Origin: Halarcobacter sp. | Lineage (GTDB): Bacteria; Campylobacterota; Campylobacteria; Campylobacterales; Arcobacteraceae | Length of the DNA: 64,000 bases | Assembly: GCA_963676565.1 (NCBI GenBank) | Contig: OY781089.1 | Span: 1,696,001-1,760,000 of the forward strand | Reading direction: 5' to 3' | Part shown: positions 49,658 through 59,173 of the stretch, one piece after another | How positions within the stretch are numbered: position 1 is the stretch's first letter | How the letters are laid out: every line of letters starts with the position of its first letter | Translations under genes and position numbers: made by a program | The notes under the pieces: generated by a model | Database searches by the model: none | The model's input: only the letters and a program-made list of their open reading frames with translations | Told to the model about the DNA's origin: nothing

Positions 49658-50941
49658 GTGTCAGAATTCTATGATTATTTTAAATATCATATGAATACTA
49701 AACACTCTTACTTCTCTATTAGAAACAATCCAAATAGACTTGATTGGAATAACCAACCAAGTGTATTTAAATCTTACCCTAATACTTACAAAAAAATCCC
49801 TTTAGATACAAAAAAAGACAATCATGAATTTATTTATTTAATTGCAGGAATAAACGCAAAAAAAACTTATCCTGGAGTTGAATACTATTTAAGAATAAAT
49901 CCAAGTGCAGGGGCTTTATATCCAAATGAAATTTATTTTCAAAGTAGAGGAAATAAAGAACTTGAAGATGGAATTTATCATTTTGATATTAAAAGTTCAA
50001 GCATTACCTTTCTGAAAAAAATCGATGATAGTGGACTTGAGCCATATTTTGATTTAGATACAAAACAAGAAGGTTTTATTTTTTTAATTTCTTCAGTTTA
50101 TTATAGAAGTTCTTGGAAATATAAAAATAGAGCTTTTAGATACTGTTTACTTGATGCCGGACATGTTCTAGGCTCAATTGAAGCTTCCGCTTATTTACAT
50201 AATAAAAACTTCAAAATTGTAAATGATTTTGATAAAAAGCAAATGAATGAACTTTTTAATTTTGATGAAAAAGAATTTTTTACGTCAGCAGTTTTTTTGA
50301 CAAAAAATACAAATGAAAATGTTAAAAAAGTGAATCTTGAGTTAGAAAATATTGATGGAACTTTAGTATTTGAAAAAAATGAGATGATTGAAACTGCTTA
50401 TTGTGATTCTTTAAAAATAGAAAATAAAAAACCACAATTGCAAGAGGCCAACTTTAGTTTTAAAAAAAGCTATTTTAAAGAAGTGATATTAAAAAGAAGA
50501 TCAATAAGAGAATTTAATCAAGAAAGTATCACAAAATTAGAATTTGACTCTATAATGGGAAATTTGAATAAAGTAGTTAGTTCAGATTGTGATGAAGATA
50601 TTGATATTTACTATGTCATTAATAGAGTTCAAAGTATGAAATTAGGACTTATGAAAAATGGTGAATATATAAAAGAGGGTGATTTTTTATCAAAAGCAGG
50701 CTATTTATGTTTAGAACAAAAATTAGGTAGTCAATCAGCAGTAACATTTTTCTTCTGCTCAAAATCAAAAAATTATCAAGCAATGTATCAAAAGGCTGGT
50801 TTATTAGGACATAGGCTTTATTTAGCTTCAAACTATTTAGGGATTGGATGTTCTGGTATTGGAGCTTATTATGATGATGAAGTTTGTGAATTTATTGGTG
50901 ATTATACGCAGGTTTTATATGCCTTTGCAATTGGCAAATAA
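49658..50941 (+). CDS. Tandem nitroreductase (SagB/ThcOx-like) protein
   Basis: LRINPSAGALYP, WKY..RAFRYCLLDAGH, RRSIR and CSGIGAYYDD motifs. Confidence 0.88.
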   Translation: MSEFYDYFKYHMNTKHSYFSIRNNPNRLDWNNQPSVFKSYPNTYKKIPLDTKKDNHEFIYLIAGINAKKTYPGVEYYLRINPSAGALYPNEIYFQSRGNKELEDGIYHFDIKSSSITFLKKIDDSGLEPYFDLDTKQEGFIFLISSVYYRSSWKYKNRAFRYCLLDAGHVLGSIEASAYLHNKNFKIVNDFDKKQMNELFNFDEKEFFTSAVFLTKNTNENVKKVNLELENIDGTLVFEKNEMIETAYCDSLKIENKKPQLQEANFSFKKSYFKEVILKRRSIREFNQESITKLEFDSIMGNLNKVVSSDCDEDIDIYYVINRVQSMKLGLMKNGEYIKEGDFLSKAGYLCLEQKLGSQSAVTFFFCSKSKNYQAMYQKAGLLGHRLYLASNYLGIGCSGIGAYYDDEVCEFIGDYTQVLYAFAIGK

Positions 50942-50954
50942 GAGGGGAATCCTC

Positions 50955-52832
50955 TTATTTTAAATAGTTTTCTTTTTTATCTGATGTATCTAATTCTTGA
51001 CCAATCTCTTGGTATCTTTTAAAATAATATTTAACAAATGATTTGATTTTTTCATTTGTTGGCATAAAATATTTATCTTTTTTTTCTGCAAAGTTATTTA
51101 AGAAGATTGTGGCATCTTTTTTATCTAAATAATGAATTGCTAAAGTAGTATAAGTATTTATATACCATTGTTTTAGTTTATCATACTTAGTTGAACTCAT
51201 ATCAATAATTAATTCTTCATCTTCAAAGTTTAGAATTTTAGTTTCAAAAAGAGCAGTTAGATGAATAAGTCCTTCACAATAATATGGTTGCACTTCATCA
51301 ACTTCCATCCATCCAATAAGACTAACGGCTCTTTTTATAGTATCCATTAAAACTTGTTTTTCTAAATCTTTTTCTTCATTACTTTCATCTAAAAAGAAAG
51401 AAACTAAACCACCAGTTGTTGCTTTAAACTCTTCAATATTTTTGAAGTTTCCAGTTTTATTCATAACTGTTTCAGTCTCTTCATCGCACCAAAGAATATG
51501 TCCGAACTCATGTCCAATTGTTGAGATGTCATAAACTTGATGCCAAGCTTCTGTTTCATTAAAAAGAAAAATTCTATCTTCACTTAAAAACTTTTGTCCA
51601 AAAATCTCTTGTGAAAGTTTTAAGAATGGTTTAGCTCGACTTGTTTGCAAAATCTCATCAGAAAATGCAAATATCTTTTTACCTTCTTCTTTTGAAACAA
51701 TTTCATCATTTGGTACAACTTGAGCAGAAAATAAACCATTGAATTCAGCTCCAAAGAATAGGGCAGGTCTTCCAACATACAGTTGAACTTTATCAAGTGA
51801 TTTTAGTGAGAAATCATATATCTTTTGATATTCACTTGTTTTTTCCGTTTTTTCATATATCTTTTTAAAAGCAGATTTAATTTTTTCTACTCTATTATCA
51901 TTTTGAGCAAATTGTGGATTTGTAAGTCGTATATCCCATTCTAAAGCAACGGATTTTCTGTAATGGTCTTCATAATACTCTAAAGGATGTCCAATTTGAA
52001 TTGGAGTTTTTATTTTCATCCAAGCTCTATCAACATCTGCCCATCTTTCAACTAAAAGGTGAGTTTTATTTTCAGCAAAGGCTTTAATTAATGATTGAAT
52101 ATAAAGGATGTAATCCCATTTTTGTTCATAAACTTCATCTTCTAACTCAATTAATACCTCTTCAAAGTCTTCTAATGCATCTATAACTTCAGTAGTTTGT
52201 TTCTTAAAGGCATCAATATATGCTTTTGAGTGGTATTGCTCTTTATCTTTTACAAGTGCAGAGTATGATCTATCAGCAAAGATATTATTATGTCCTAAAT
52301 CAAATAAATGATTTTTTTCTAAGTAGTCCATAACCTTTGCATCATCACCATCAAACATATTTGATAACTCTTTATTTATTCCATTTATTATATGTGCAGT
52401 CCAAGAACTTTGCCATGAAGACATTTTAAGTCCAACATTGTATACACCTTGGAAAATCTCTTGGTAAAATGGAGTTAAAAGATTATTGTGTTTAATATAT
52501 TCTATAAAATGTTTATGTTTTTCTTGCCAATAATCTCTTACAAAACAATATGCTTTTTCTTGTAATTCTATTATCTCTTCTTCATTTTTCTCAAGTTTTT
52601 TTAGAACTTGAACCAATGAATCATCTCTTAAATTAACTAATCTTGTTGTTAAGGCAACTCTTAAATTTTCGTTCATCTCTAAGTCTAAAAACTTTGCAAA
52701 CTCATCAATAAGTTCTAGTTTTTCAAACTCATTATTTTCTAAAAAAGATAAAAGCTTATTAGTTGAGCTTTTTTGAAAATCTAAGTATTCATAAATGTCA
52801 TTTAAATCTTCTATAAATTTTTCTTTAGTCAT
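50955..52832 (-). CDS. ciaB: Campylobacter invasion antigen B homologue
   Basis: QIGHPLEYYED, GAEFNGLFSAQVVPNDE, TIGHEFGH, NIEEFKATTGG and PYYCEG motifs. Confidence 0.9.
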   Translation of the reverse strand: MTKEKFIEDLNDIYEYLDFQKSSTNKLLSFLENNEFEKLELIDEFAKFLDLEMNENLRVALTTRLVNLRDDSLVQVLKKLEKNEEEIIELQEKAYCFVRDYWQEKHKHFIEYIKHNNLLTPFYQEIFQGVYNVGLKMSSWQSSWTAHIINGINKELSNMFDGDDAKVMDYLEKNHLFDLGHNNIFADRSYSALVKDKEQYHSKAYIDAFKKQTTEVIDALEDFEEVLIELEDEVYEQKWDYILYIQSLIKAFAENKTHLLVERWADVDRAWMKIKTPIQIGHPLEYYEDHYRKSVALEWDIRLTNPQFAQNDNRVEKIKSAFKKIYEKTEKTSEYQKIYDFSLKSLDKVQLYVGRPALFFGAEFNGLFSAQVVPNDEIVSKEEGKKIFAFSDEILQTSRAKPFLKLSQEIFGQKFLSEDRIFLFNETEAWHQVYDISTIGHEFGHILWCDEETETVMNKTGNFKNIEEFKATTGGLVSFFLDESNEEKDLEKQVLMDTIKRAVSLIGWMEVDEVQPYYCEGLIHLTALFETKILNFEDEELIIDMSSTKYDKLKQWYINTYTTLAIHYLDKKDATIFLNNFAEKKDKYFMPTNEKIKSFVKYYFKRYQEIGQELDTSDKKENYLK

Positions 52833-52873
52833 GTTAGTCCTTTGTCTGATAATTTTACAATTTTTTGCTTAAA

Positions 52874-52900
52874 TTAGCACTTAAAACTAAAAAGTGCTAA
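52874..52900. promoter_or_regulatory. CIRCE-like HrcA operator upstream of htpG
   Basis: TTAGCACTT-N9-AAGTGCTAA (consensus TTAGCACTC-N9-GAGTGCTAA); TGtTAAAAT at about 52937-52945. Confidence 0.85.
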
Positions 52901-52982
52901 AAAATGCTAAAACTTTAGCTTCCTTTTATAAAGTTGTGTTAAAATTTCATTACAAAAATAAAAAATTATAGGAGAAATTAGA

Positions 52983-54896
52983 ATGGCAAAACATCAATTT
53001 CAAACAGAAGTAGGACAATTATTACATTTAATGACACACTCTTTATACTCAAATAAAGAGATTTTTATTAGAGAACTTGTATCAAATGCAAGTGATGCAA
53101 TTGATAAATTAAATTATTTAAAATTAACTGATGACAAAATTAAAGCTGCACTTCCAGAAGATTGGGCAGGACAAATTACAGTTAAAATTGATGAAGAAGA
53201 TAAATCAATTACAATTGTAGATAATGGTATTGGTATGAATGAAGAGGATTTAATCGCTTCAATTGGTACTATTGCTAAATCTGGAACTAAATCATTTGTT
53301 GAAAACTTAACAGGAGATGCAAAAAAAGATTCAAACCTAATTGGACAATTTGGTGTTGGTTTTTATTCAGTATTTATGGTTGCTGATAAAGTTGATGTAA
53401 TCTCTAAAAAAGCTGGTGAAGAGCAAGCTTATAAATGGTCATCAACAGGAACAGGTGAGTTTGATTTAAGTCCTTGTACAAAAGATTCTTCAGGTACTGT
53501 AATCTATATTAAACTTAAAGATGAAGAAGTTGAAGATTATACTTCAAAATATAGAGTTGAAACTGTAATTAAAAAATACTCTAATCACATAGCATATCCA
53601 ATTAACTTAGCATACACAGAAGAAGTAACTGAGCAGTTAAGTGAAGAGGATAAAAAAGCTGGAAAAGAAGCTAAAAAAACAAAAGAAAATAGAAATGAAA
53701 AAATTAATGAAGCAACTGCTTTATGGATGCAACCAAAATCAAAAATAAAACAAGAAGAGTATAACGATTTTTATAAATCTATTTCACATGATTCACAAGA
53801 TCCAATGCTTACAATTCATACAAAAGCAGAGGGTGTAAATGAGTATACTACACTATTTTATATCCCATCAATAGCTCCTATGGATATGTATAGAGCTGAC
53901 TACCAACCTGGTGTTAAACTTTATGTAAAAAGAGTATTTATTACTGATGATGAAAAAGAGTTATTACCAACATACTTAAGATTTGTTAGAGGTATTATTG
54001 ATTCTGAAGATTTACCATTAAATGTTTCAAGGGAAATTTTACAAGAAAACAGAGTAATGGCAAATATCAAACAAAGTTCTGTTAAAAAGATTCTTGGTGA
54101 AATCAAAAAACTTTCAAAAGATGAAGAGAAATATGCACCATTTATTGAACAATATAACAGACCATTAAAAGAGGGTGCTTACCAAGACTTTACAAACAAA
54201 GAAGCACTTTTAGAATTATTAAGATTTAAATCAACAAAAACAGAAAATGCTAAAATGACTTCATTATCAGCATATAAAGAAGCAGCTGATTCTGAACAAA
54301 AAGCTATTTATTATATTGTTGGTGAAAATGAAAAAGTATTAAGAAACTCTCCATTATTAGAAAGTTATAAGAAAAATGATATTGAAGTATTAATTTTAGA
54401 TGATAAAGAAATCGATGAAATTGTAACTCCAATGTATGGTGCTTATAAAGAGTGGGAATTTAAAGATATTACTTCTTGTGAAGCTCCAAAAGTTGAGCAA
54501 AGTGAAGAAGAGAAAAAAGAAGTTGAAGAAAAATATAAAGATATAACTGAAAAAATTAAAGAGGTTTTAGGGGAAGCAGTAAAAGAAGTTAGAGTAACTA
54601 ATAGACTATCTGAATCGCCATCTTGTGTTGTTAAAGATGCAGAGGATGCACAAATGGCTCAAATGATGCAAATGATGAGAGCAATGGGACAAGAGATGCC
54701 AGCATCTGCTCCTGTTCTTGAAATCAACCCTGACCATGAGATTGTTTCAAAATTAAAAGATCTAAAGGATGATGGTTTAGTAGCTGATGTATCATGGGTA
54801 CTTCTAGACCAAGCTAAGTTAAGTGAGGGAATGGAAATTACTGATACAGTGGCATTTGCACAAAGACTATCAAGAATCACAGCAAAAGCTCTTTAA
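52983..54896 (+). CDS. htpG: Hsp90 chaperone
   Basis: LYSNKEIFIRELVSNASDA, DNGIGM, IGQFGVGFYS and LPLNVSRE motifs. Confidence 0.98.
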   Translation: MAKHQFQTEVGQLLHLMTHSLYSNKEIFIRELVSNASDAIDKLNYLKLTDDKIKAALPEDWAGQITVKIDEEDKSITIVDNGIGMNEEDLIASIGTIAKSGTKSFVENLTGDAKKDSNLIGQFGVGFYSVFMVADKVDVISKKAGEEQAYKWSSTGTGEFDLSPCTKDSSGTVIYIKLKDEEVEDYTSKYRVETVIKKYSNHIAYPINLAYTEEVTEQLSEEDKKAGKEAKKTKENRNEKINEATALWMQPKSKIKQEEYNDFYKSISHDSQDPMLTIHTKAEGVNEYTTLFYIPSIAPMDMYRADYQPGVKLYVKRVFITDDEKELLPTYLRFVRGIIDSEDLPLNVSREILQENRVMANIKQSSVKKILGEIKKLSKDEEKYAPFIEQYNRPLKEGAYQDFTNKEALLELLRFKSTKTENAKMTSLSAYKEAADSEQKAIYYIVGENEKVLRNSPLLESYKKNDIEVLILDDKEIDEIVTPMYGAYKEWEFKDITSCEAPKVEQSEEEKKEVEEKYKDITEKIKEVLGEAVKEVRVTNRLSESPSCVVKDAEDAQMAQMMQMMRAMGQEMPASAPVLEINPDHEIVSKLKDLKDDGLVADVSWVLLDQAKLSEGMEITDTVAFAQRLSRITAKAL

Positions 54897-55020
54897 AAGA
54901 GCTATTTGCATAAATCTTCTGCGTTGAAGTAGATTTTTGGCTCAATCACATACTTTAGTATGCTCAATCGCCAAAAATTCACTTCGTCTTGAATCTTCAT
55001 ACAACTAGCTCTTTTAAAGA
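54890..55020. repeat. ERIC-like/MITE-like palindromic element, about 130 bp
   Basis: 15-bp perfect terminal inverted repeat (TCTTTAAAAGAGCTA), nested imperfect arms and a central CATAC-ttta-GTATG hairpin. Confidence 0.8.
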
Positions 55021-55110
55021 TAAAATCTAGTTTATTAAAAAATAATTTTATCTAACCAAACATATATCCTTTTTATAATAAAATAGAATACTTTAATTTT
55101 AGGGATATTT

Positions 55111-56448
55111 ATGAAAAACATCTTCAATTCTATTTTAATAACAATTTTTTTATCAACTTTACTATCAGCAAAAAATGATGAGACTATTCAGTCAGAATTA
55201 ATTCAATTAAAAACATCACAAGAATATGCAGAAAAATTAACAAATGAAAAAATCACTCTTATTATGGGTCAAATTATTCAAAAAGAAGATGAACTTAAAG
55301 AATTACGAAATAAGTTAGAAGAATCCAAGTTGGAAAAAGAGAAGATTAAAAAAGATTTTGAAAATTATAATGAAAAAATTGAATGGCAGAATAAAAGAAT
55401 TGAGGATTTAAATCTTTATTTAACATTATATGGTTTCTTAATTACTGCATTACTTTTTATTGCTTCATATCTTTCTTATAGATTCACTTCAAGTAATGCG
55501 AATAAAATTGTAAATAACTGGATTAAAGAAAATAAAGAACAGATACTTGCACCAATAAAAGAAGAGGCAAAAGAATTCCAACAAAATATTGAAAATGAAG
55601 CATTAAAGTTTTATCAGGAACAATTAAAAGAATTTAAAATTGATGACAAATTAGATACAAGTCTGCAATTAAGTCAAAGAGAAATTCTTCAAAAGGTAAA
55701 TGATATTTTAGATAAAAGGGAAAAAGAAGAATATACTTTTGATGACTGGTTTTCTAAATATCTAACATTTAGATTTAAAGATAATAAAAAAGCATTGATT
55801 TTTATAAATAAAGCAATTAAACATTCAACATCAGATAAAGAAAGAATTTCTGCAATGTTTTCTAAAGCAAAATTTTTAACAGACATAGATGATAAGAGTA
55901 AAATTCTTGAAGGAATAAAAGTTTATGATGAAATTTCTAAAAAATTTAAAAATAGTAATGATGATGGAATTGAGAATGACAGATTAATCTCAATGTATAA
56001 TAGAGGAATTGCATATTTAAAATTAGAGGATAGAGAAAAAGAAATTGAATCTTATGATAGTTTTTTAAATGATTGTGATGATTATGCTGGGAAAAATAAT
56101 CTAGCTAGTACGATACTTAATGCTTTGTTGAATAAAATTGAATCTAAAATAATTGTAGGGAAAGATATTCAGAATGATTTGTATTTAGTAAAAAAGTTTG
56201 ACTTAAATAATGAATCAAATCTAATTATAACAATACTTGAGTTAATAGAAAAGGCTAAAAATGAGTCTCAAGATACAGAAATAGAAAAAGTTCAATTAGA
56301 GTATAAAAATGTAAAAATTAGAAAAAATTGGTCTTTTAATGAATTAAAAACTTGGGCAAATAGTTTTGAAGATGAAAAAGTAAAAGAAAGACTTTTAAAA
56401 TATCTTAATATATTTGAAAACCACAATAAAAATATAAAAGAGGATTAA
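55111..56448 (+). CDS. Hypothetical protein: signal peptide, coiled coil, TM helix, cytoplasmic TPR-like repeats
   Basis: N-terminal signal, E/K-rich coil, hydrophobic LYLTLYGFLITALLFIASY and a 43-aa TPR-like unit. Confidence 0.75.
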   Translation: MKNIFNSILITIFLSTLLSAKNDETIQSELIQLKTSQEYAEKLTNEKITLIMGQIIQKEDELKELRNKLEESKLEKEKIKKDFENYNEKIEWQNKRIEDLNLYLTLYGFLITALLFIASYLSYRFTSSNANKIVNNWIKENKEQILAPIKEEAKEFQQNIENEALKFYQEQLKEFKIDDKLDTSLQLSQREILQKVNDILDKREKEEYTFDDWFSKYLTFRFKDNKKALIFINKAIKHSTSDKERISAMFSKAKFLTDIDDKSKILEGIKVYDEISKKFKNSNDDGIENDRLISMYNRGIAYLKLEDREKEIESYDSFLNDCDDYAGKNNLASTILNALLNKIESKIIVGKDIQNDLYLVKKFDLNNESNLIITILELIEKAKNESQDTEIEKVQLEYKNVKIRKNWSFNELKTWANSFEDEKVKERLLKYLNIFENHNKNIKED

Positions 56449-56789
56449 TCCACTTTTATATCATCTTCTGACAATTCAGAAATATTTTCCATATCCTCAA
56501 TATCAAGTTTTTTTGTTCTCTGTTCTGCTCTTGTTTCTATTTCTAGGTAAAATGTTTTACTGTTGGCTTCAACTGCTTCATTTACAAATCTTATAATATC
56601 CGAAAATGGTATCTCTTCTGGTGTTTCTTCATCTTTAGCAAATTTACAATCAAAAAACCAAAAGTCCTTACCTTCAGGAAGCGCTTTTCTTTGTTCTCTT
56701 TTTATATATTTTCTAATCTCATTTTTAATTGATTCTACAACTCTGTCTTGGTTTTTATTTTCTGCTTGAAGTTTAAAACTTTTTTTCAA
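56445..56789 (-). CDS. DUF6172-like hypothetical protein
   Basis: Start re-placed at TTG 56789 (AAGGA SD, TACAAT upstream); IKNEIRKYIKRE..LPEG.DFW.FDCKF. Confidence 0.7.
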   Translation of the reverse strand: MKKSFKLQAENKNQDRVVESIKNEIRKYIKREQRKALPEGKDFWFFDCKFAKDEETPEEIPFSDIIRFVNEAVEANSKTFYLEIETRAEQRTKKLDIEDMENISELSEDDIKVD

Positions 56790-56944
56790 AAATTTCCTTT
56801 TTTGCAATTGTACCCAAGTCTTTACATTTTTGTTGTAGATTTAATGAAAAATCAAAATTTCTTTTTAGATTTGTAAAGAGATATTAATTGATAGTTAATT
56901 TTTCTTTGATATATTTCTAGAAATTAAATTTTATAGGATTTAAA

Positions 56945-57424
56945 ATGTCAATAACAATTAGAGATGCTGTTGCATCAGATGCTCAAACAATTTATAATTT
57001 TATTATGGAATTAGCAATTTATGAAAAAGAACCAGATGCAGTTGTTACAACAGTAGAAGAAACAAAAGAAAGAATTTTTAATGAAAACTCAAGTGTAAAA
57101 GCTCTGATTTGTGAAGAGAATGGCAAAGCAATAGGTCTTGCTGTATATTTTTACAACTATTCAACATGGCTTGGTAAATATGGTATTTATTTAGAAGATT
57201 TATATGTGACTCAATCAAAAAGAGGTTTAGGTGCGGGAAAACTTATGCTTAAACATTTAGCAAAGAAAGCTTTAGAAGAAGATTGTGGAAGATTTGAATG
57301 GTCTTGTTTAGATTGGAATAAACCTTCAAGGGATTTTTATGAATCAATTGGTGCCAAATCTCAAGAGGAATGGATAGGGTATAGATTAGAAGGAGAGTCT
57401 TTAACTAATTTTGCCAATAGTTAA
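56945..57424 (+). CDS. GNAT acetyltransferase (spermidine/spermine acetyltransferase-like)
   Basis: ELAIYEK, YSTWLG, YLEDLYV, RGLGAG and LDWN..S..FY motifs. Confidence 0.92.
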   Translation: MSITIRDAVASDAQTIYNFIMELAIYEKEPDAVVTTVEETKERIFNENSSVKALICEENGKAIGLAVYFYNYSTWLGKYGIYLEDLYVTQSKRGLGAGKLMLKHLAKKALEEDCGRFEWSCLDWNKPSRDFYESIGAKSQEEWIGYRLEGESLTNFANS

Positions 57425-57516
57425 TTTTCATTTATTTTAATATTAGTTCTGATATAATCTTTAGTAATGCCTTTTGGTATTACTAATAATTATATGTGAT
57501 ATTAAAGGTTTTAATA

Positions 57517-58260
57517 ATGGAAATGAATTTTATTCTACTTCTTGCCATAATTGTATTATGGGCTTCTGTTGTACATGGTGCAATAGGTTTTGGTTTTGGT
57601 ATGATATCAACACCGCTAGTTGCATTAATGGCAGATATACAAACAACAATCATATTTATGCTTTTACCAACAATGGCTGTAAATATTTTAAGTATAGTTA
57701 GTGAAGGTAATTTTTTTGAAGCCTTAAAAAAGTTTTGGTTTATAATCTTACTTATGGTTTTAGGTAGTGCCTTAGGTACAGTACTTCTTGTTTACTCTAA
57801 TTCAGAGTTTTTTAAACTCTTACTTGCTGGAATTATATTTTTATATCTATTACAAGGACTTGTAAAAATAGAGGCAACATTTGTTTCTAAATATCCTAAG
57901 TCTTCAACTTATGGATTAGGTTTATTTGGTGGGCTTATCTCTGGTCTTACGAATGTAGTTGCTCCACTTATGATAATGTATACCTTAGAGATGAAATACT
58001 CTAGAAAGGATACAATTCAATTATCAAATTTATGTTTTTTATTTACAAAAATAGGGCAGATTGCAGTATTTATTTTTTATGGGACCTTTACCTTTGAAAC
58101 TTTAGGTATTTCAATTTTTACAGTATTAGTAGTTTGTATTGGTATGTTTTTTGGAATAAAAATTAAAAAAAGAATTGATGTAAAATACTATACAAAGATA
58201 TTAAAAGGCTTATTGTTTGTAATAGCTTTATTCTTAGTAATCAATACAATATTTAATTAA
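57517..58260 (+). CDS. TauE/SafE family transporter
   Basis: HGAIGFGFG and GLISGLTN motifs; about 8 TM helices; start re-placed at ATG 57517. Confidence 0.85.
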   Translation: MEMNFILLLAIIVLWASVVHGAIGFGFGMISTPLVALMADIQTTIIFMLLPTMAVNILSIVSEGNFFEALKKFWFIILLMVLGSALGTVLLVYSNSEFFKLLLAGIIFLYLLQGLVKIEATFVSKYPKSSTYGLGLFGGLISGLTNVVAPLMIMYTLEMKYSRKDTIQLSNLCFLFTKIGQIAVFIFYGTFTFETLGISIFTVLVVCIGMFFGIKIKKRIDVKYYTKILKGLLFVIALFLVINTIFN

Positions 58261-58270
58261 AGAGTAGTAT

Positions 58271-59089
58271 ATGGATTCAAATTTATTAAAAGTATTTATT
58301 AGTGTATCAAATACAAAAAGTATTTCAAAGGCTGCTAAGGATTTAGGTTTTACCCAATCAAATGTAACCCTTAGGATAAAGCAGCTTGAAAAAACTATTG
58401 GATGTGAACTTTTTCATAGAACAAATAGAGGTGTTGTTTTAACAAATGAAGGGGAAAGTTTTTTACCCTTTGCTGTTGAAATAGTCAAAAAAGTTGAAGA
58501 ATCATATTTGAAAATGAGAAATATAAATCATCAAGAGTTACTTAAAATTGGCTCAACTCAAACAAATGCAACAATAAGATTAATTCCTATACTTGAGATG
58601 TTAAATAAAGATTTTAAAGATATGAAAATAGAGTTTACAATTGATAGTAGTAAAACTTTAGTTGATATGATACTTAACTATGAAGTGGATATAGCTTTTA
58701 TAAATGGTGACCCAAACAATAAAGATATAGAAGTTTTAAACACCTTTGAAGATGAAGTTTTTTTTATAGAACCCAAAGACAAAGTAGCACAAAACTGTGC
58801 CTTATCTTTTAAAGAAAATTGTGCTTATTGTTTATTTTTAGAAGAGTATGTTAAAAAAACAAAAAAAGAAAAATACAAAACGATAGCATTAAAAAATTAT
58901 GAATTGATATTAGGATGTGTAAAAGCTGGTTTAGGGGTATCTTTACTTTCAAAACAGATTATAGAAAAGTTTGGATATGGAAAAAGTTTAAAGTTAACTC
59001 CCGTTGATTCCAATCTAAATTCCCATCTTATTTGCAGAAAAGATTATCTTCCTATGATTGAAAAATATTTAAGGGATATAAAAATTTAA
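58271..59089 (+). CDS. LysR-family regulator (paralog of 32139..32966)
   Basis: MDSNLLKVF, TQSNVTLRIKQLE and CRKDY motifs are shared with the other LysR. Confidence 0.92.
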   Translation: MDSNLLKVFISVSNTKSISKAAKDLGFTQSNVTLRIKQLEKTIGCELFHRTNRGVVLTNEGESFLPFAVEIVKKVEESYLKMRNINHQELLKIGSTQTNATIRLIPILEMLNKDFKDMKIEFTIDSSKTLVDMILNYEVDIAFINGDPNNKDIEVLNTFEDEVFFIEPKDKVAQNCALSFKENCAYCLFLEEYVKKTKKEKYKTIALKNYELILGCVKAGLGVSLLSKQIIEKFGYGKSLKLTPVDSNLNSHLICRKDYLPMIEKYLRDIKI

Positions 59090-59173
59090 TATTTTTCATT
59101 AAATTACTCTTTAAAGTGCCTCATAGTAATAAAATATTACAATTCCATAAATAAGACATAAAGAAGGTGCATT

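Noticed and set aside
56819..56879. TCTTTACA...TGTAAAGA inverted repeat between divergent genes
   Set aside because: Interior pairing is poor and it lies upstream of both predicted -10 boxes; no support for an RNA element.
841..57701. Many short ORFs in the track that overlap longer genes, either antisense or out of frame (e.g. 841..1053, 6765..7037, 29414..29860, 57474..57701)
   Set aside because: They lie largely within well-supported genes and show no recognisable motifs; treated as shadow ORFs.
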